The notes under the pieces: generated by a model | Told to the model about the DNA's origin: nothing | What the model saw: only the letters and a program-made list of their open reading frames with translations | Database searches by the model: none | Shown here: positions 34,233 to 46,035 of the stretch, in pieces | Layout of the letters: each line of letters opens with the position of its first letter | Numbering within the stretch: position 1 is the stretch's first letter | NCBI GenBank assembly: GCA_963810095.1 | Contig: CAWEMM010000007.1 | Location: 320,001 to 384,000 of the forward strand | Length of the DNA: 64,000 bases | Source of the DNA: an uncultured Chloroflexia bacterium | GTDB lineage: Bacteria; Chloroflexota; Anaerolineae; CG2-30-64-16 | Direction: 5' to 3' | Made by a program: the position numbers and the translations under genes

Positions 34233-36111
34233 TCATTCCCGGACCGTGAGGACACCCAGTTCCACGGCGTCGCCGCCTGCCGCAGTTGCCAGCCGGGGCA
34301 GGCCGGGAGCAGCCGGATCATAGACCGCGGCGATGAGCCGGTACGCCCCCGGCGCAAGATCGTCCGGCAGTTGCAGCGCATGGCTGCTCCAGCCGGGTTC
34401 TCTGCGCAACGCGCCGTCCGACTGCACCACGAGCGCGCCTGCCGAGTCGAGCAGTTGGACGGTCACCTTGGCACCCGCCGGTACGCGGTCGAGCGTTCCC
34501 GACCACAGCAGGTGGACGCCCAGCAAGCTGCCGGCCTGCGGGCTTTCAGGCTGCCAGCCGGCGGCGTCCAGCCGCAGGCCCGCGTCGAATTGGGCGGCCA
34601 ATGGTTGCCGGTTGGCCGGAATGGCTTCTACCACCGCCACCCGCCACCCGCCCGCGGATGCGGTTGTAAGCAGCGGATACCGCGAGGCGAGCGCGGTGCT
34701 GGCGATCCCCCCACTGTCCCAACCGCTGTCTCCGCTCAGTGGGACGGCGACGCGCTGTACGCCACGCTCGGCCAGTTCGGCGACCACTCGCATGGCTCCG
34801 GCCTCGTCCTTCGGCCCCGGCGGCACAACCCAGCGCTCGGCCTGCGCGGGATAGTAGTACCACAACGTCGGGTCGGGGCCGTTGCCCACCACCCAGGCCG
34901 CACCGGCTGGAAAGCCCCGGGTAACGCGGGTGAGCTCAGCCGCCAGGCCGCGCCATCCACCGGCCTTGCTGCCCGTGGTGTCAAAGTAGTACGAACGCAG
35001 GGAGGCGAGTCCGACGGCCATGACCAACACAAGGGCGAGCGCGGCCGCCCATCGCCGCACCCTGTCGCGACTGCTATCCGTGCGGCCATTCGCTGCGGCC
35101 CCATCGATGGCGGCGCCCAGGAGGATGTACATGCCCGGCACGGCCGCGATCAGGTAACGTTCGTTGAAGATCGGCCGGCTCTGGCTGCTAACCCACGTCG
35201 CCAGCAGGGGGACCAATGTGGTCAGTGCGATGAGTCCCAGCGCGGGCCGGCGAAAGGGGCGGGCCAGCACCAGCAGCGCAAGCAGTGCGAGGCCCGCCGC
35301 AACGGCCAGATTCTGTGCGAGCACGGGCGCGGTCTCGCCGGCCAGGAACATCCGGCTGGTGCGCAGCAGCGCGGCCAGGGCGGCCGGCGAGTCGCCGTTG
35401 CCCCGGTAGCTGCGGAGCGTGTCGCCTGCCACGGCCAGCCAGGGCAGCGTAGAGCAGCACGAGCCCAGCCTGCATTGCCAGCCAGCCGAGCAGCAGCGAG
35501 CGGCTGCGGGTGCGCAGGATCCGCCACCCAACCCACACGTTCTGCGCAAGGATGACGAAGGCGCTGAAGTAGTGCGTGTGCAGTGCGGCGAGACTCACGA
35601 GCACGTAGGCCGCCCCGGTGTACCACACGCGGGCGGCGCCGCGAAGCGGAGGGTCAGCAGCGTCCCGGCGAGGGTCAGCGCCAGGCTGATCGAGTACATG
35701 CGCGCGTCCTGGCTGTGCCAGACTGCATAGGGGCTCAGGGCCAGCAGGCCGGCCGCGACTGCCGCAGCGGCACGCGTCAGCCCTGCGGCCCGCGGCAAGC
35801 CGGTAGATCAGCGCGACGGCCAGCGTCGCCAAACCACACGCTGACGAAGCGAAGCGCAAATTCGGTGTGGCCCGCTGCCTGCAGCCAGGCATGCTGCAGG
35901 AGGTAACTGCGACGGGATGCGGCTCGCGGAGCGCGAGCGTCTGCCGGACGATCTCCGCGGGCGGCTGCAGGCTGAAGAAATAGCCGAAGGTTTCGTCGCC
36001 GCGCAGCTCGTGCTCGCCCAGCCGGAACACCCGCAGCCCGAACCCGACCAGGACGATGAGCAGGGGCACAAGCTGCGCCGTCCCGCGGCGGAGACGCGGA
36101 GGACCGGTCAT
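34233..36111 (-). CDS. GT-C (family 39/PMT_2-like) membrane glycosyltransferase with extracellular C-domain; several frameshifts
   Basis: LRVFRLG..ELRGDE, EPHP, EFALRF.S, ALSPYAVWHSQDARMY, ALHTHY, PIFNERYL; C-terminal KVTVQLLD...APGAYRL. Confidence 0.85.
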
Positions 36112-38400
36112 CGGGTTGCCCGGCGCCCCGCTCGGCCGGCCCAGGCCAGCAGCACGGCGGCGGCGAGCAAGGTGACGCCCGACACAATCAGGCCGAGGGC
36201 GACGACGAGGGGCCGGTAGGTGAGGGTGACGGTATGTGCGCCGGCCGGCACCGCGACCGCCCGCAGGACCGAGTTTGCGGTCAGGAGGGGCGCGGCCGCA
36301 CCGTCGACCGCGGCCTGCCAACCGGGATAGGCGATCTCGCTCAACACGAGGATGCACGGCGCGTCGGTCGAGACGTCCACCCGGAGGGCCTCGGGCGAGG
36401 ACTGAGCCAACTGCGCGGCGCCCGTGCAGCCCTCCTGCGGGCTCGGCGCGGGGCTGGCGTCCAGCACCACCTGCTTGTCCGGATCAAAGCCGGCCTCGAG
36501 CACCCGCTGCATCTGGCGCTCGCCGTCCGGCTCGACCAGCGCATCGCCGGCAAACCAGACCCTCGGGTTCGCGGCGGCCAGCCGGTAGGCGTAGATCTTC
36601 TGATCCTTCTCGACCGGCTTCTCGGCGGGCTGCTCGGCGATGCGCTCGGCCGGCAGTTCCAGCTCCTTGCGCCAGGTGGTAACGTACTTCACCCCGAGCA
36701 GGCGCCAAACGAGCGCCCTGGGCCCGCTCTCGAGCAGCCGGTCGTACCGGGCGAGGCGCAGCGGGCTGGCGCCGTTGGTGTCCTCCAGGCGATAGCCGTA
36801 GCCGTAGTTCCCGGGGAGGACGTCCTCGTCGAACGTGCGGTAGGCGGAATCCTCGGCGGCGATGGCATCGTGATGGGCGTGGGCGGCCAGACCTGCGGGG
36901 TCGACGCATTACCCGCGTGCTGCCCGCCGTCGAGCGCAAACAGGTCGAGCACGATCAGCCCGATGAGCCAGGCCGGCTGGCGGCTGCGGAGCGCCAGCGG
37001 CGCTAGCGCCAGCACCAGTGCGAGGAACAGCCCCGAGGCGGCAAAGCCCCACAGCGCGTCGCGTCCGGCCAGGTAGCCGACGAAGCACACGGCGGCGAAG
37101 AGCGCAGCGACGATGGCCGCCACCCAGTAGCCCCGGTATACGCCCCGGCGTTCGGCGGCCTCCAGCCGCGCCACCTGCGGCGTGTCCTGCCGTCTTTGGA
37201 GCACCGCGGCGCCCAGCCCCGCCAGCAGCGCCAGCCCGAACACGATCCAGACCGCTATCCGCTCTTGCTGCCTGAAGAGCCGCCATCCCGGCGCTACCAG
37301 GTAGGCGGCCTGGTACAACGGGGTGAGTGAGCCGAACGAGAGCAGGACGCCGACGAGCGTCAGGCCGTGAGATACCCGGCCAGCGCCCGCTCTTTCACGG
37401 TTACGAGCGCCGAAGGCCGGAGCGCAACCCTGACGATGGCGTAAATGGCAAGCCCGAGCGGCACCGCGCCGACGTACAGTGCGGCAACGGTGCGCCCACT
37501 TGGGGCAGCACGAGCTGGAGCAAGTCGTAAGGCGTCAGGCCGCCGCCCGTGGCGTCGATGCCGAGCCCGGCCCGAGTCGAGAGGCGCATGTACTCGAGGC
37601 TGGGCAGCAGCTGCGCCGCGGCCAGCCCGGCGGCAACCAGTGTGAAGACCGCAAGGATGCCCGCGAGGGCGCCCAGCCTGCGCTTCGCTTGCTCTCTGTC
37701 CCCGGTGAAGTAGCGAAACAAGGCGAAGGCAATGCTGCCGTAGAAGACGAACATGGCCGACTGCGGGTGCCCGGCCAACAGTGCGATGCCCATGAACAAG
37801 CCCGCGCCCGCGGCCCAGCCCAGCGCCGTCCGCGTGTGCCCGACCGCAAGATCGCTCGACCGCATGGTCCAGCGCCAGCACGACGAACGGCAGCCAGGTC
37901 ACCGTTTCGAGGATGGCGAGCTGGAGGACCGGGTAGCCGGTCAGGTACGCGCCGAAGGTGAAAGCGAGGCTGGCCACCCATGCGCCTAACCGGCTGCCCG
38001 TCAGCCGGTGCGCCAGCAGGTACATGCCTGCGGCGGCGATGGGGAAGTGCAGGACGGCCTCGATCTGGAGCGCCGCGTAGCTGAAGCCGGTGAGCGCGGT
38101 GACGAGCACTGGAGCAGCCCGGGCGGGTAGAACACGGCGGACTGGATGTCGGCGAGGAATGGGTGGCCGGCCAATGCGTACGGGCTCCACAGGGGCAGCT
38201 GGCCCGCGTGCAGCCGGGCGGCCTTGTAGCTGGCGAAGGCATAGAACTGGTTGCCGAAATCCCCGGCAGCAAAGCCGCGGTAGTCGACGCCGGCCAACGG
38301 CAGGTCACGCCAGAAGAACAGCAGGACAGAGGAGCGCGAGGAGCACCAGGTCGAGCAGGCGTGCGACCGCCACGGGGAGATAGGGCGCGCAAGCTTCAAG
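36108..38400 (-). CDS. YfhO-family GT-C membrane glycosyltransferase; many frameshifts, start approximate
   Basis: GDF..QFY, GQLPLWSPY..AGHPFLADIQSAVFYP, WLP, LAGHPQ, LAAAQLLP.LEY..LSTR, FRQQER, LVLSEIAYPGWQA.VDG, LRAVAVPAGAHTV..TYRP. Confidence 0.85.
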
Positions 38401-38538
38401 GCAGACTCCGTTCGGCCCAGGCGAGAACAGCGACGCGGACCGACCTGCAATCGGACTGATTGGCATGATCCCTGATGCGTGACAGGGATCAAGATCGAGT
38501 GTCAACGCAGTTCCAATCTGCGTCCTATTCAGTTGAGC

Positions 38539-40419
38539 TTAGAACAGGCCGACCACCCGGTTGGTCTCCAGGTCCAGGTCCACGTCATAGAAGACCGGCC
38601 GGGTCGGCAGGCCCGGCATGGTGCGCATCTCGCCGCACAGCGGGTAGAGGAAGCCGGCGCCGACGCTCGCGCGGATGTCGCGGACCGGGAAGATGTAGCC
38701 GGTCGGGCGGCCCTTCAGCGTCGGGTCGTGGCTCAGGCTCAGGTGGGTCTTCGCCATGCAGATCGGCAGCTTGTCAAAGCCCAGCCGGGTGTACAGCGCG
38801 ATCTTCGGCCTCGGCCTCGGGCGTGTAGCTCACGCTTTCCGCGCCGTAGAACTCGCAGGCGATCTTCTCGATCTTCTCCTTGATGCTCCACTCGAGCGGG
38901 TAGAGGAACTCGAAGTTGGCTCGGCTTCTCGCACGCCGCGATCACCGCCTCGGCCAGCGCCGGTCGCGCCGTCGCCGCCCTCGGCCCAGTGGTTCGACTG
39001 CACCGCGTCCTCGGCGCCCGCCTCGATCGCCCGGCTGGCGGATCAGCTCGATCTCGGCCGGGGTGTCGGTGTGGAACTGGTTGATCGCGACCACGACGGG
39101 GACGCCGTAGCGCTTGGCGTTCTCGATGTGCGCGACCAGGTTCGCGCAGCCCTTGTCGAGCAGTTCGGCAGGTTTTCCTGCGAGGTACTCGAACGCCAGC
39201 GGTTTGCCGGCAACGACCTGCGGACCGCCGCCGTGCATCTTCAGCGCCCGCACGGTCGCCACCAGGACGACGACGTTCGGGCACCAGGCCGGAATAGCGG
39301 CACTTGATGTCCATGAACTTCTCCATGCCGATGTCCGCGCCGAAGCCCGACTCGGTGACGACGTAGTCGGCGCAGCTTGCAGGGCGATCTGGTCGGCGAT
39401 GATGGAGGAGTTGCCGTGGGCGATGTTGGCGAACGGGCCGGCATGGACGAACGCGGGCTGGCCTTCGAGCGTCTGCATCAGGTTCGGCGCGATCGCGTCC
39501 TTCATCAGGACGGTCGCGGCGCCGGCCACGCCCAGGTCTTCGACCGTGACGGCCTCGCCTGCGCGGCTCGTGCCCACGACGCAGCGGCCGATGCGCTCGC
39601 GCATATCCTCGAGGCTGGTCGTCAGCGCCAGGATCGCCATGATCTCGGAGGCGACGGTGATGTCATAGCCCGTAATCCGAGTGTGGCCCTTTTCCTCCGG
39701 GCCCATGCCGATCTCGATCTTGCGCAGGAAGCGGTCGGAGATGTCGATGACGCGGTTCCAGGTGATGGATGCCGGGTCAATGTCGAGCATGGCGAACCGG
39801 GCGCGCTCTTCGGGCGTCAGGGTCTCGGGATCGGTCTTGTCGATGCCCAGCTTCTTGATCCGGCGCAGCATCGGCGGCGCAAAGGTGCGCTTGCCGGTCT
39901 TGTCGGGCGGGCAGAGGCGGTCAAACATAACCTGCGGGTCGACGTCGGCTTCGTGGAGCATGCGGGCGTCGACGGCCGCGGCGATCAGGTTGTGCGCCGC
40001 GGTAATGGCATGAATGTCGCCGGTCAGGTGGAGGTTGAAGTCCTCCATCGGGACGACCTGCGAGTAGCCGCCGCCGGCCGCGCCGCCCTTGATGCCGAAC
40101 GTCGGACCCTGCGAGGGCTGGCGGATGCAGGCGACGGACTTCTTGCCGAGCACGCCCAGGCCCTGCGTCAGGCCGATGGTCGTGGTCGTCTTGCCTTCGC
40201 CCAACGGCGTCGGCGTGATGGCGGTGACGTCGATGTACTTGCCCTGCGGATGCTGGCGAACTTCTCGCGCACGTCCAGGTGCACCTTCGCCTTGTACTTG
40301 CCGTACATCTCCAGATCATCGGCGCTCAGGCCCAGGCTCTCGGCGATTTCGAGAATGGGCTTCAGTTCGGCTGCCTGCGCGATCTCAAGATCGCTGGGGA
40401 CGGGGGTCAAGCGCTTCAT
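38539..40419 (-). CDS. fhs: Formate--tetrahydrofolate ligase, eukaryote-like long form; many frameshifts
   Basis: [106 protein letters not shown]. Confidence 0.97.
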
Positions 40420-40702
40420 GCTGGACAAACCTCCAAGGGATAATTGAGGATCTCAGAAGGACGACTCAGTATAGCAGGATACATGGCGTCGCGCCAGTTA
40501 TGCAATGATCCAAGTCATGTCGGCTTACCATAACGACGCAGCGCCTGGCTTGCGGCCCAGACGCAGGGGCATCCGGTCCGCACCTTAAAAATATGCTATA
40601 TTTGCGGTTTTCCCCCGCTGCAACCATAAATAGCGCGTCTTTTTGTAGCTACTTTACGTCTTCTATTACGTGTTGAGCAACCAAACGGCTAGGAGGGATC
40701 CC

Positions 40703-41168
40703 ATGGCGCTGTATTCCCGTGCGCTGAAGGCCGACGAAAAGGCGAAGCTGGAAGCAGCTTCTGAAGGACTCCGACGAGGAACTCGCGCGACGCGTGCAGA
40801 TCGTCCTGCTGTCGGCGCAGCGCACCGGCGTTCACGAAATCAGCGCGATGGTCGGTTTGCATCCGATCAACGTCCGCAAATGGATCCATCGCTTCAACCG
40901 CTTTGGCCTCAACGGCTTGTTCCCGCGGCGCTCGCCCGGCCGGCCGCGCCTGTTCAGCCGGGAGCAGCGCGATGCGATCGTCGGGCTGGCGACCACCGAG
41001 CCGCGTGTGCTCGGCCTGGACTTCGATGCCTGGTCGCTCCAGCGGCTGCGCTCTCAGTTCATCGAGCGCGGGGTGATGAACGACGTCAGCGCGGAGACGA
41101 TCCGCCAGGAGCTGCTGCGCAGCGGCTTGGTGTTCGAGGAGCGGCGCTGGGTGTCCGCGCCCAGGTAG
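40703..41168 (+). CDS. Stand-alone IS630-type helix-turn-helix protein (HTH plus winged HTH, no DDE domain); frameshift near 40765
   Basis: RVQIVLLSA...EISAMVGLHP.NVRKWIHRFN..GL.GL..R.SPGRPR.FS...P..LG.DF..WSL..L...VSAETIRQ.L; strong RBS aggagg; stop right after the HTH. Confidence 0.75.
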
Positions 41169-41181
41169 GGAGCCGGCGAGA

Positions 41182-43573
41182 TCAGGGTTTAGCCATCCAG
41201 GGGATATAGATCCTTAACATCGGCGGCGCCATGTTGTGCCGGCTTTCATACACGCCCATCTTGCCGGGCGTGGTGTTTCTGGACCCAGGACACCGCGACG
41301 CCGTCGCCGCTCGTTGCCAGGCAGACGTCGGCGACGCTGCCGCTGGCGGGCGCGCTGCGGGTGGCCACGGTGATCGCCGCGGGCCAGCTTTGCGTACGGG
41401 TCGGGCTAACGGTTATGCGCAGGCTAACGCCTTCGTCCCACGCCATGTAGAGCTGCCCGTCGCGCGCGATCTGGAGGCTCAGCCCGCGGGCGAGGGCCAG
41501 CTTTCCCGTCACGTCGACGGGAACGGGCCAGTACCCGCCGCGGCCGTGCGCGTAACGCACCTGGGCCTTGTTGTCGATCCACGCAATGTGCGCCAGGCCG
41601 CCCATCTCGCCGTTGGTGGCCAGCCGCGCGCCGAGGGAGTCCGTGCCCGGCCGGAAAGCCCGGTTGTCCGAGACGTTCACCGGCAGGCTCCACGACTTGG
41701 TCGCCGTGACCCGTTCGCTGGCGAAGATGTCGTAGTTGCCCCACAGGTTGATGCCCAGCGGGATCCGGTCTTGCCATGCCAGGAAGAGCGCACCGTCGGG
41801 CATGAGCCCCAGCGCGGGGCTCTGTCCGCGCGCGTTCGGCACAGGGTAGCTTGTCCAGTTCTTCCCGTCCCACGTGCCCATCTGGATCGCCCATTCCCCC
41901 GACGTGAAGTCCATCCAGGCCGCATACACCTTGCCGTCCGGCCCTGCCGCAATCACCGGGTCGTCTGACTTGCCCGTGGTGGGGGCCACCACGTGGGGTA
42001 GGGTCCAACCGGTCGGCGTCAAGCGCACATGCAGGATATCGTAGTTGCCCATGAACTCATTGGCGTACGCCACGTGGAGCTGCCCTTGCGCGTCGAACGT
42101 CGCGGTCGGCTTGATGCCCGTGCCGATCTTGACGGCCGGGTTCCACGAACGTCCCTGCGGCTGATGAGCATAGTAGATCTTGCCGAGCGACTCGTAGACG
42201 GCGTGACCGTCCCCTTGCGCGTCGAAGAGGATGGTCGGCTTCGTGGCGCTGCTCAGCGAGGCGTCAATACCCGTTGGGCCGTACCAGCCCGTGTCGAGGC
42301 TGGCCGCGTCGATGCCGGCCGCGGCCGCGGCTTCGGGCGTGAACACCTCCTGGCCGATCAGAACGCCGCTGCTCAGGCGCACCCCGCGCACCACCACCTG
42401 TCCCGAGCTGCCGTCTGGGCTGGCGGCGAGCCCTGCCGGCGCGGCGAGCGCGATGCGCTGCGCTTCCAGCCGGAGGGCGTCAGAGGCCAGCCACACCTGC
42501 TGGCCCCCCACCTGCCACAACTCGTCCGGTCCGGCAGCGCTCAGCGCGCCCGCGGCAGCGCCGGGCGCCGGCTGTTCGAGGCTGATCGTGGCAGCTGCGA
42601 CGCCGGCATCGCCCGTCACGCCTTGCACCCTGGCCTCGACATTCGCCTGGATGACGGCCCGGTCCTCGTCGACATACGTGCCGGGTTCGACCCGGATGGT
42701 CTTCCGTTCGGCCCTGCCGTTCGAGAAGACCTGGACCGTCCATGTCTGGTTGTCCTCGCCGATGCCGTTCACGGCCGTCACGAGACCGTCGAGCATCGTA
42801 TCGTGCGACGTGTCGACGACGCGCGCTTCCTGTGCAACCAGCGAGCCGTCGGCCCGTTCCAAGGCGGCGATTTCGACCGTGTCGCCCTGGCCGGCTGCCA
42901 CGCCTTGCCCCGCCGGCACCTCCACCGGCCGCCGGTCGACCACCCACGAGTTGTCCGTCACCATCTCGACCGTGCCTTCGATCGCGGCGGGTACGCTGGT
43001 CGCGTTCGGCGCAATGGCGCGGATTTCGAGGGCTTGGAGCCGGTTGCCATCGACGCGCTGGACCTTTGCCACTACCAGCCCGTCGACGAGGACATTGCCG
43101 ATGATCTTCGTGCTGGCCGTGATGTCGATGAAGGCGTCCCCGATCGTCCAGACTTCCGAGCGCGGCTTCTGCAATATGCCGCTGAACTCGTAGGAGGGGA
43201 TGGGTGCGCCGGCGGGCCGTTGGACCTCGATCGTGTCGGCGTCGAGGCGATCCGGATACTGGTTGCCTGCGACAAGCACCCAGGCGCCGACCGCGGCCTG
43301 CCCTTTCTTCTGGATGAGAGTCGTCTGCGGCCCAAGGACGACGGGGGTCTGGTCGACCTTCCAACTCGTCCCGTTCATCGACTTGATGTAGCCCTCGATG
43401 CGGGTGGGAGTGGGCGCGTTTTGTTCGGCGGCTGCAGAAGGGTTGATGCCCGGGCGCGGGGCGGCGGCGAGGGGCTGCGCGGTCAACGCGACAGCCAACG
43501 CTGCCAGAAGGCTTACGGCCCAATAGCGGCCGCGCTGTGAAGAGCGGCGATCTCGGATCACGAGTGCTCCCAC
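41182..43573 (-). CDS. Secreted protein with tandem DUF5666 domains, a BNR-like beta-propeller and a YLP-type C-terminal tail; frameshift near 41278
   Basis: Signal peptide; repeated W.V.G..V..T.I.G...G..V units; propeller blades (GDGHAVYE, GQLHVAY, GKVYAAW, GALFLAWQD); corrected C-terminus ...MLRIYIPWMAKP*. Confidence 0.8.
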
Positions 43574-43600
43574 CCACTAAGGACTGGGCGTCGCAGTTAG

Positions 43601-45378
43601 TCAGCTCGTGGCCGTAGGCGTTGTCGTGGCGGTGGGCGACTCCAACGGTATTGCGGTTGGCTCCGCCGTTGGTGTCGCCGTTGGCTCGGTCGTCGGTGTG
43701 TTAGTCGGTGGTTCGACCACGAAAACGACCAGGGCAAGCAAGCTCCCGTCTGAAAACTGCAGGGCACGTACCTGGGCCTGGCGTCCAACGACCGGCGTTC
43801 CGACGAACTGGGTGGCGGAGTTGGTCCCGATAAACCGCCCGTCGACCGTGATCGACGTGGCAGCGATGGCATCGATGTTGCCGTCGATTTGGACTTCTGT
43901 GGCCGGCACCAGGGTGATGCTGGTGGCCCAGATTTCGCCGTTCGGCTGCTTCGTACCTTTGACCGACACGCGATCTCCGACGGCGATTCCGTCGCTCACC
44001 TGGGCGCCCGCCACTTCCTTGACCTGCGTTCCGCCGATGGTCCACGACGGCCGGTTGATCGCATCAACGTAGCCCTGGAACTCCACCGGCTCGGGCGTGG
44101 CTTCCTGCGCTGCAGTGATCGTGATCCGGATCGCGAGCGGCAGCGCGCCGGGCCGCTCCCACACCTCGGCCTCGGCGAACGCACCCACGACCGCGTTGCC
44201 CGAGATTTCGGCCCACGGCGCCACTTCCACCTGCTGCCCACCGATCGTCCAGATGTTGCCGTTGATCGCCTCGATCCGGCCGATGACCCTCAGGGAGACC
44301 GGTGTCGGCCGCGAAACCTGCGGCGTCCAGGTGGCCGTGGGCAAGGCGGTCGGCGTCCGGGTGCGGGTGGCGGTCGGCGTGCGAGACGGCGTCGTGGCGT
44401 CCGGGACGGCGTTACTGTTGCCGTCCTGGTCGGCGCATCGGTCGGCTCGAAGGGCGTCATGCCCGGCAGCACCACCGGCAGCCGCATCCTCGTTGGCGAC
44501 GGCACGGGCGAAGGTGTCTCCGTCGGCGTAGCTGTTGCGGCAGGCGGCGGCGCGGCAGCGGGCGGATCTATTGTCAGTTCCTGCGCCTGCGAGCGCGCCA
44601 GTGGCGGCTGTAGCACGGCGAAGACCAGGATCAACCGGCCATCGCCCGGCGCACGCATCCGCCCCACCACCGTGGCCCCGACTTCAGGTGTGCCTTCGAC
44701 CTGCGAGCTGCTATCCAGCCCGACCCGCAGCCCGGAGACCTGCCACTGTTTAGGATCGAACGACTCAATCGTGCCCTGCAATCTTAAGTTGTCAACGGGT
44801 CGCCTGCGTTCGACAACGGCCTGAGCTTCGTCGATGCGGCGCTGGCCGAACTCCTTGCGCAGTTGCGAACGAGTCCCCTCGTCCAGCGCCAAGAACAGCC
44901 GCACGCTTTCCGTCGTCGTCTTGACGTTGTAGAGGGTATCGCCCGGCAGTGCATTAGCAGCCAGGGTAACGCTACCAGAAATGACTATACCACTAATAAA
45001 TAGAATTAGCAAAATCGCAAAAAGGGCTACGGGGCGCGTGCGTGGGCCGCCAAACGGGCTTGAACCGGGGCCAGAGACCTGGAAAATGGTGAAGACCTTC
45101 ATCCACCACGGGACTGCGGCGGCCGCGGCTGCCCGGCTGCGCTGCACGCCGGCGGCCGCGTTCATGAAGCTTGCGCGCGATGCGACGGCGACGCCGGCCG
45201 AGCGAACCGGGGCGGCCCGGTGCTGGCGAACGCCGAACATCGAAGCGAGCATGGGCTCGAGTTGCGCGGCGTGCTCGGGGAAGCGTTCGAGGCAGGCAGA
45301 GACACTGGCGCCCGACAGGATCATGTCGGCGCATTCGGCAAACTGTGCGATCAGCACGTCGTCCTTGCGGCGTCTCAT
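43601..45378 (-). CDS. Putative transmembrane anti-sigma factor (DUF5667 plus DUF5666 repeats, Pro/Thr-rich linkers); frameshift near 44400
   Basis: Cytoplasmic FAECAD....ASVSACLERFPEHAAQLEPML, one TM, ALPGDTLYNVK...E.VRL...RRIDEA (DUF5667), DUF5666 units; ATGA overlap with the sigma gene. Confidence 0.8.
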
Positions 45379-46007
45379 GGCTGCATCACCCGGCGGAGGG
45401 CGAGAACTGCGCGGTACTGCAGTGCCTTAACCGCGCCCTCGGTCTTCTGCATAATGACGGCTACTTCAGCGATGCTCAAGTCTTCCAGGAATCTCAGCGA
45501 GATCACTTGCGACTGCTCGTCAGTAAGTTCACCCAGTGCCTGTCGGAGCCGCTGGCGCTCGAATTGCGATTCGGTCGAGGCGACCGGGTCGCCGCTCGGC
45601 GCCTGCATGGGCGCAGCATCGTCGATGTCGACAAATGTGGCGCGGCCCCTGCGCCGGTAATGATCGATGACGATGTTATGCGCGATCCGGTACAACCACC
45701 CCGAGAAGGATGTCTGCCACCCGTGGCCGGTGCGGACCGCTTCCAGCATCCGCATGAACACCTGGCCGGTGAGGTCCTCCGCCACGTCGGCCTGGCCGAC
45801 GCGGTGGTAGATGTAGGCGTAGATCCTGTCAACGTACTGGTCGTACAACATGCCCAGGGCTGCGGGATCGGCCCGCTTAGCCCGGTCGAGCACCGACTGT
45901 TCAGGCGGCTCCAAGCGCGGATTGTCGCCTTTGCGCGTATCATCACCTTTGAAGACGCCAAAGGTTGCAAAAGATAACGCTCCAAAGAGCCAATTAAGTA
46001 GGTTCAT
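45375..46007 (-). CDS. ECF RNA polymerase sigma factor (BldN-like) with N-terminal extension
   Basis: LYDQYVDRIYAYIYHRVG..VAEDLT..VF, FSGWLYRIAHN.VIDHYR, LT.EQ..VI.LRF, SIAEVA.IMQKTEGAVKALQYRA. Confidence 0.93.
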   Translation of the reverse strand: MNLLNWLFGALSFATFGVFKGDDTRKGDNPRLEPPEQSVLDRAKRADPAALGMLYDQYVDRIYAYIYHRVGQADVAEDLTGQVFMRMLEAVRTGHGWQTSFSGWLYRIAHNIVIDHYRRRGRATFVDIDDAAPMQAPSGDPVASTESQFERQRLRQALGELTDEQSQVISLRFLEDLSIAEVAVIMQKTEGAVKALQYRAVLALRRVMQP

Positions 46008-46035
46008 TGGAAATTCGTGGTCACAGCAGTGGCCA

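Noticed and set aside
40430-40560. ZTP (pfl) or THF riboswitch upstream of fhs
   Set aside because: An actggcg word is present on the minus strand, but the other conserved elements are not. An extended -10 (TGcTATACT, ~40468-40476) lies downstream of it and leaves only a short leader.
40703-41168. Active IS630 insertion sequence
   Set aside because: No DDE catalytic domain, terminal inverted repeats or TA duplication visible.
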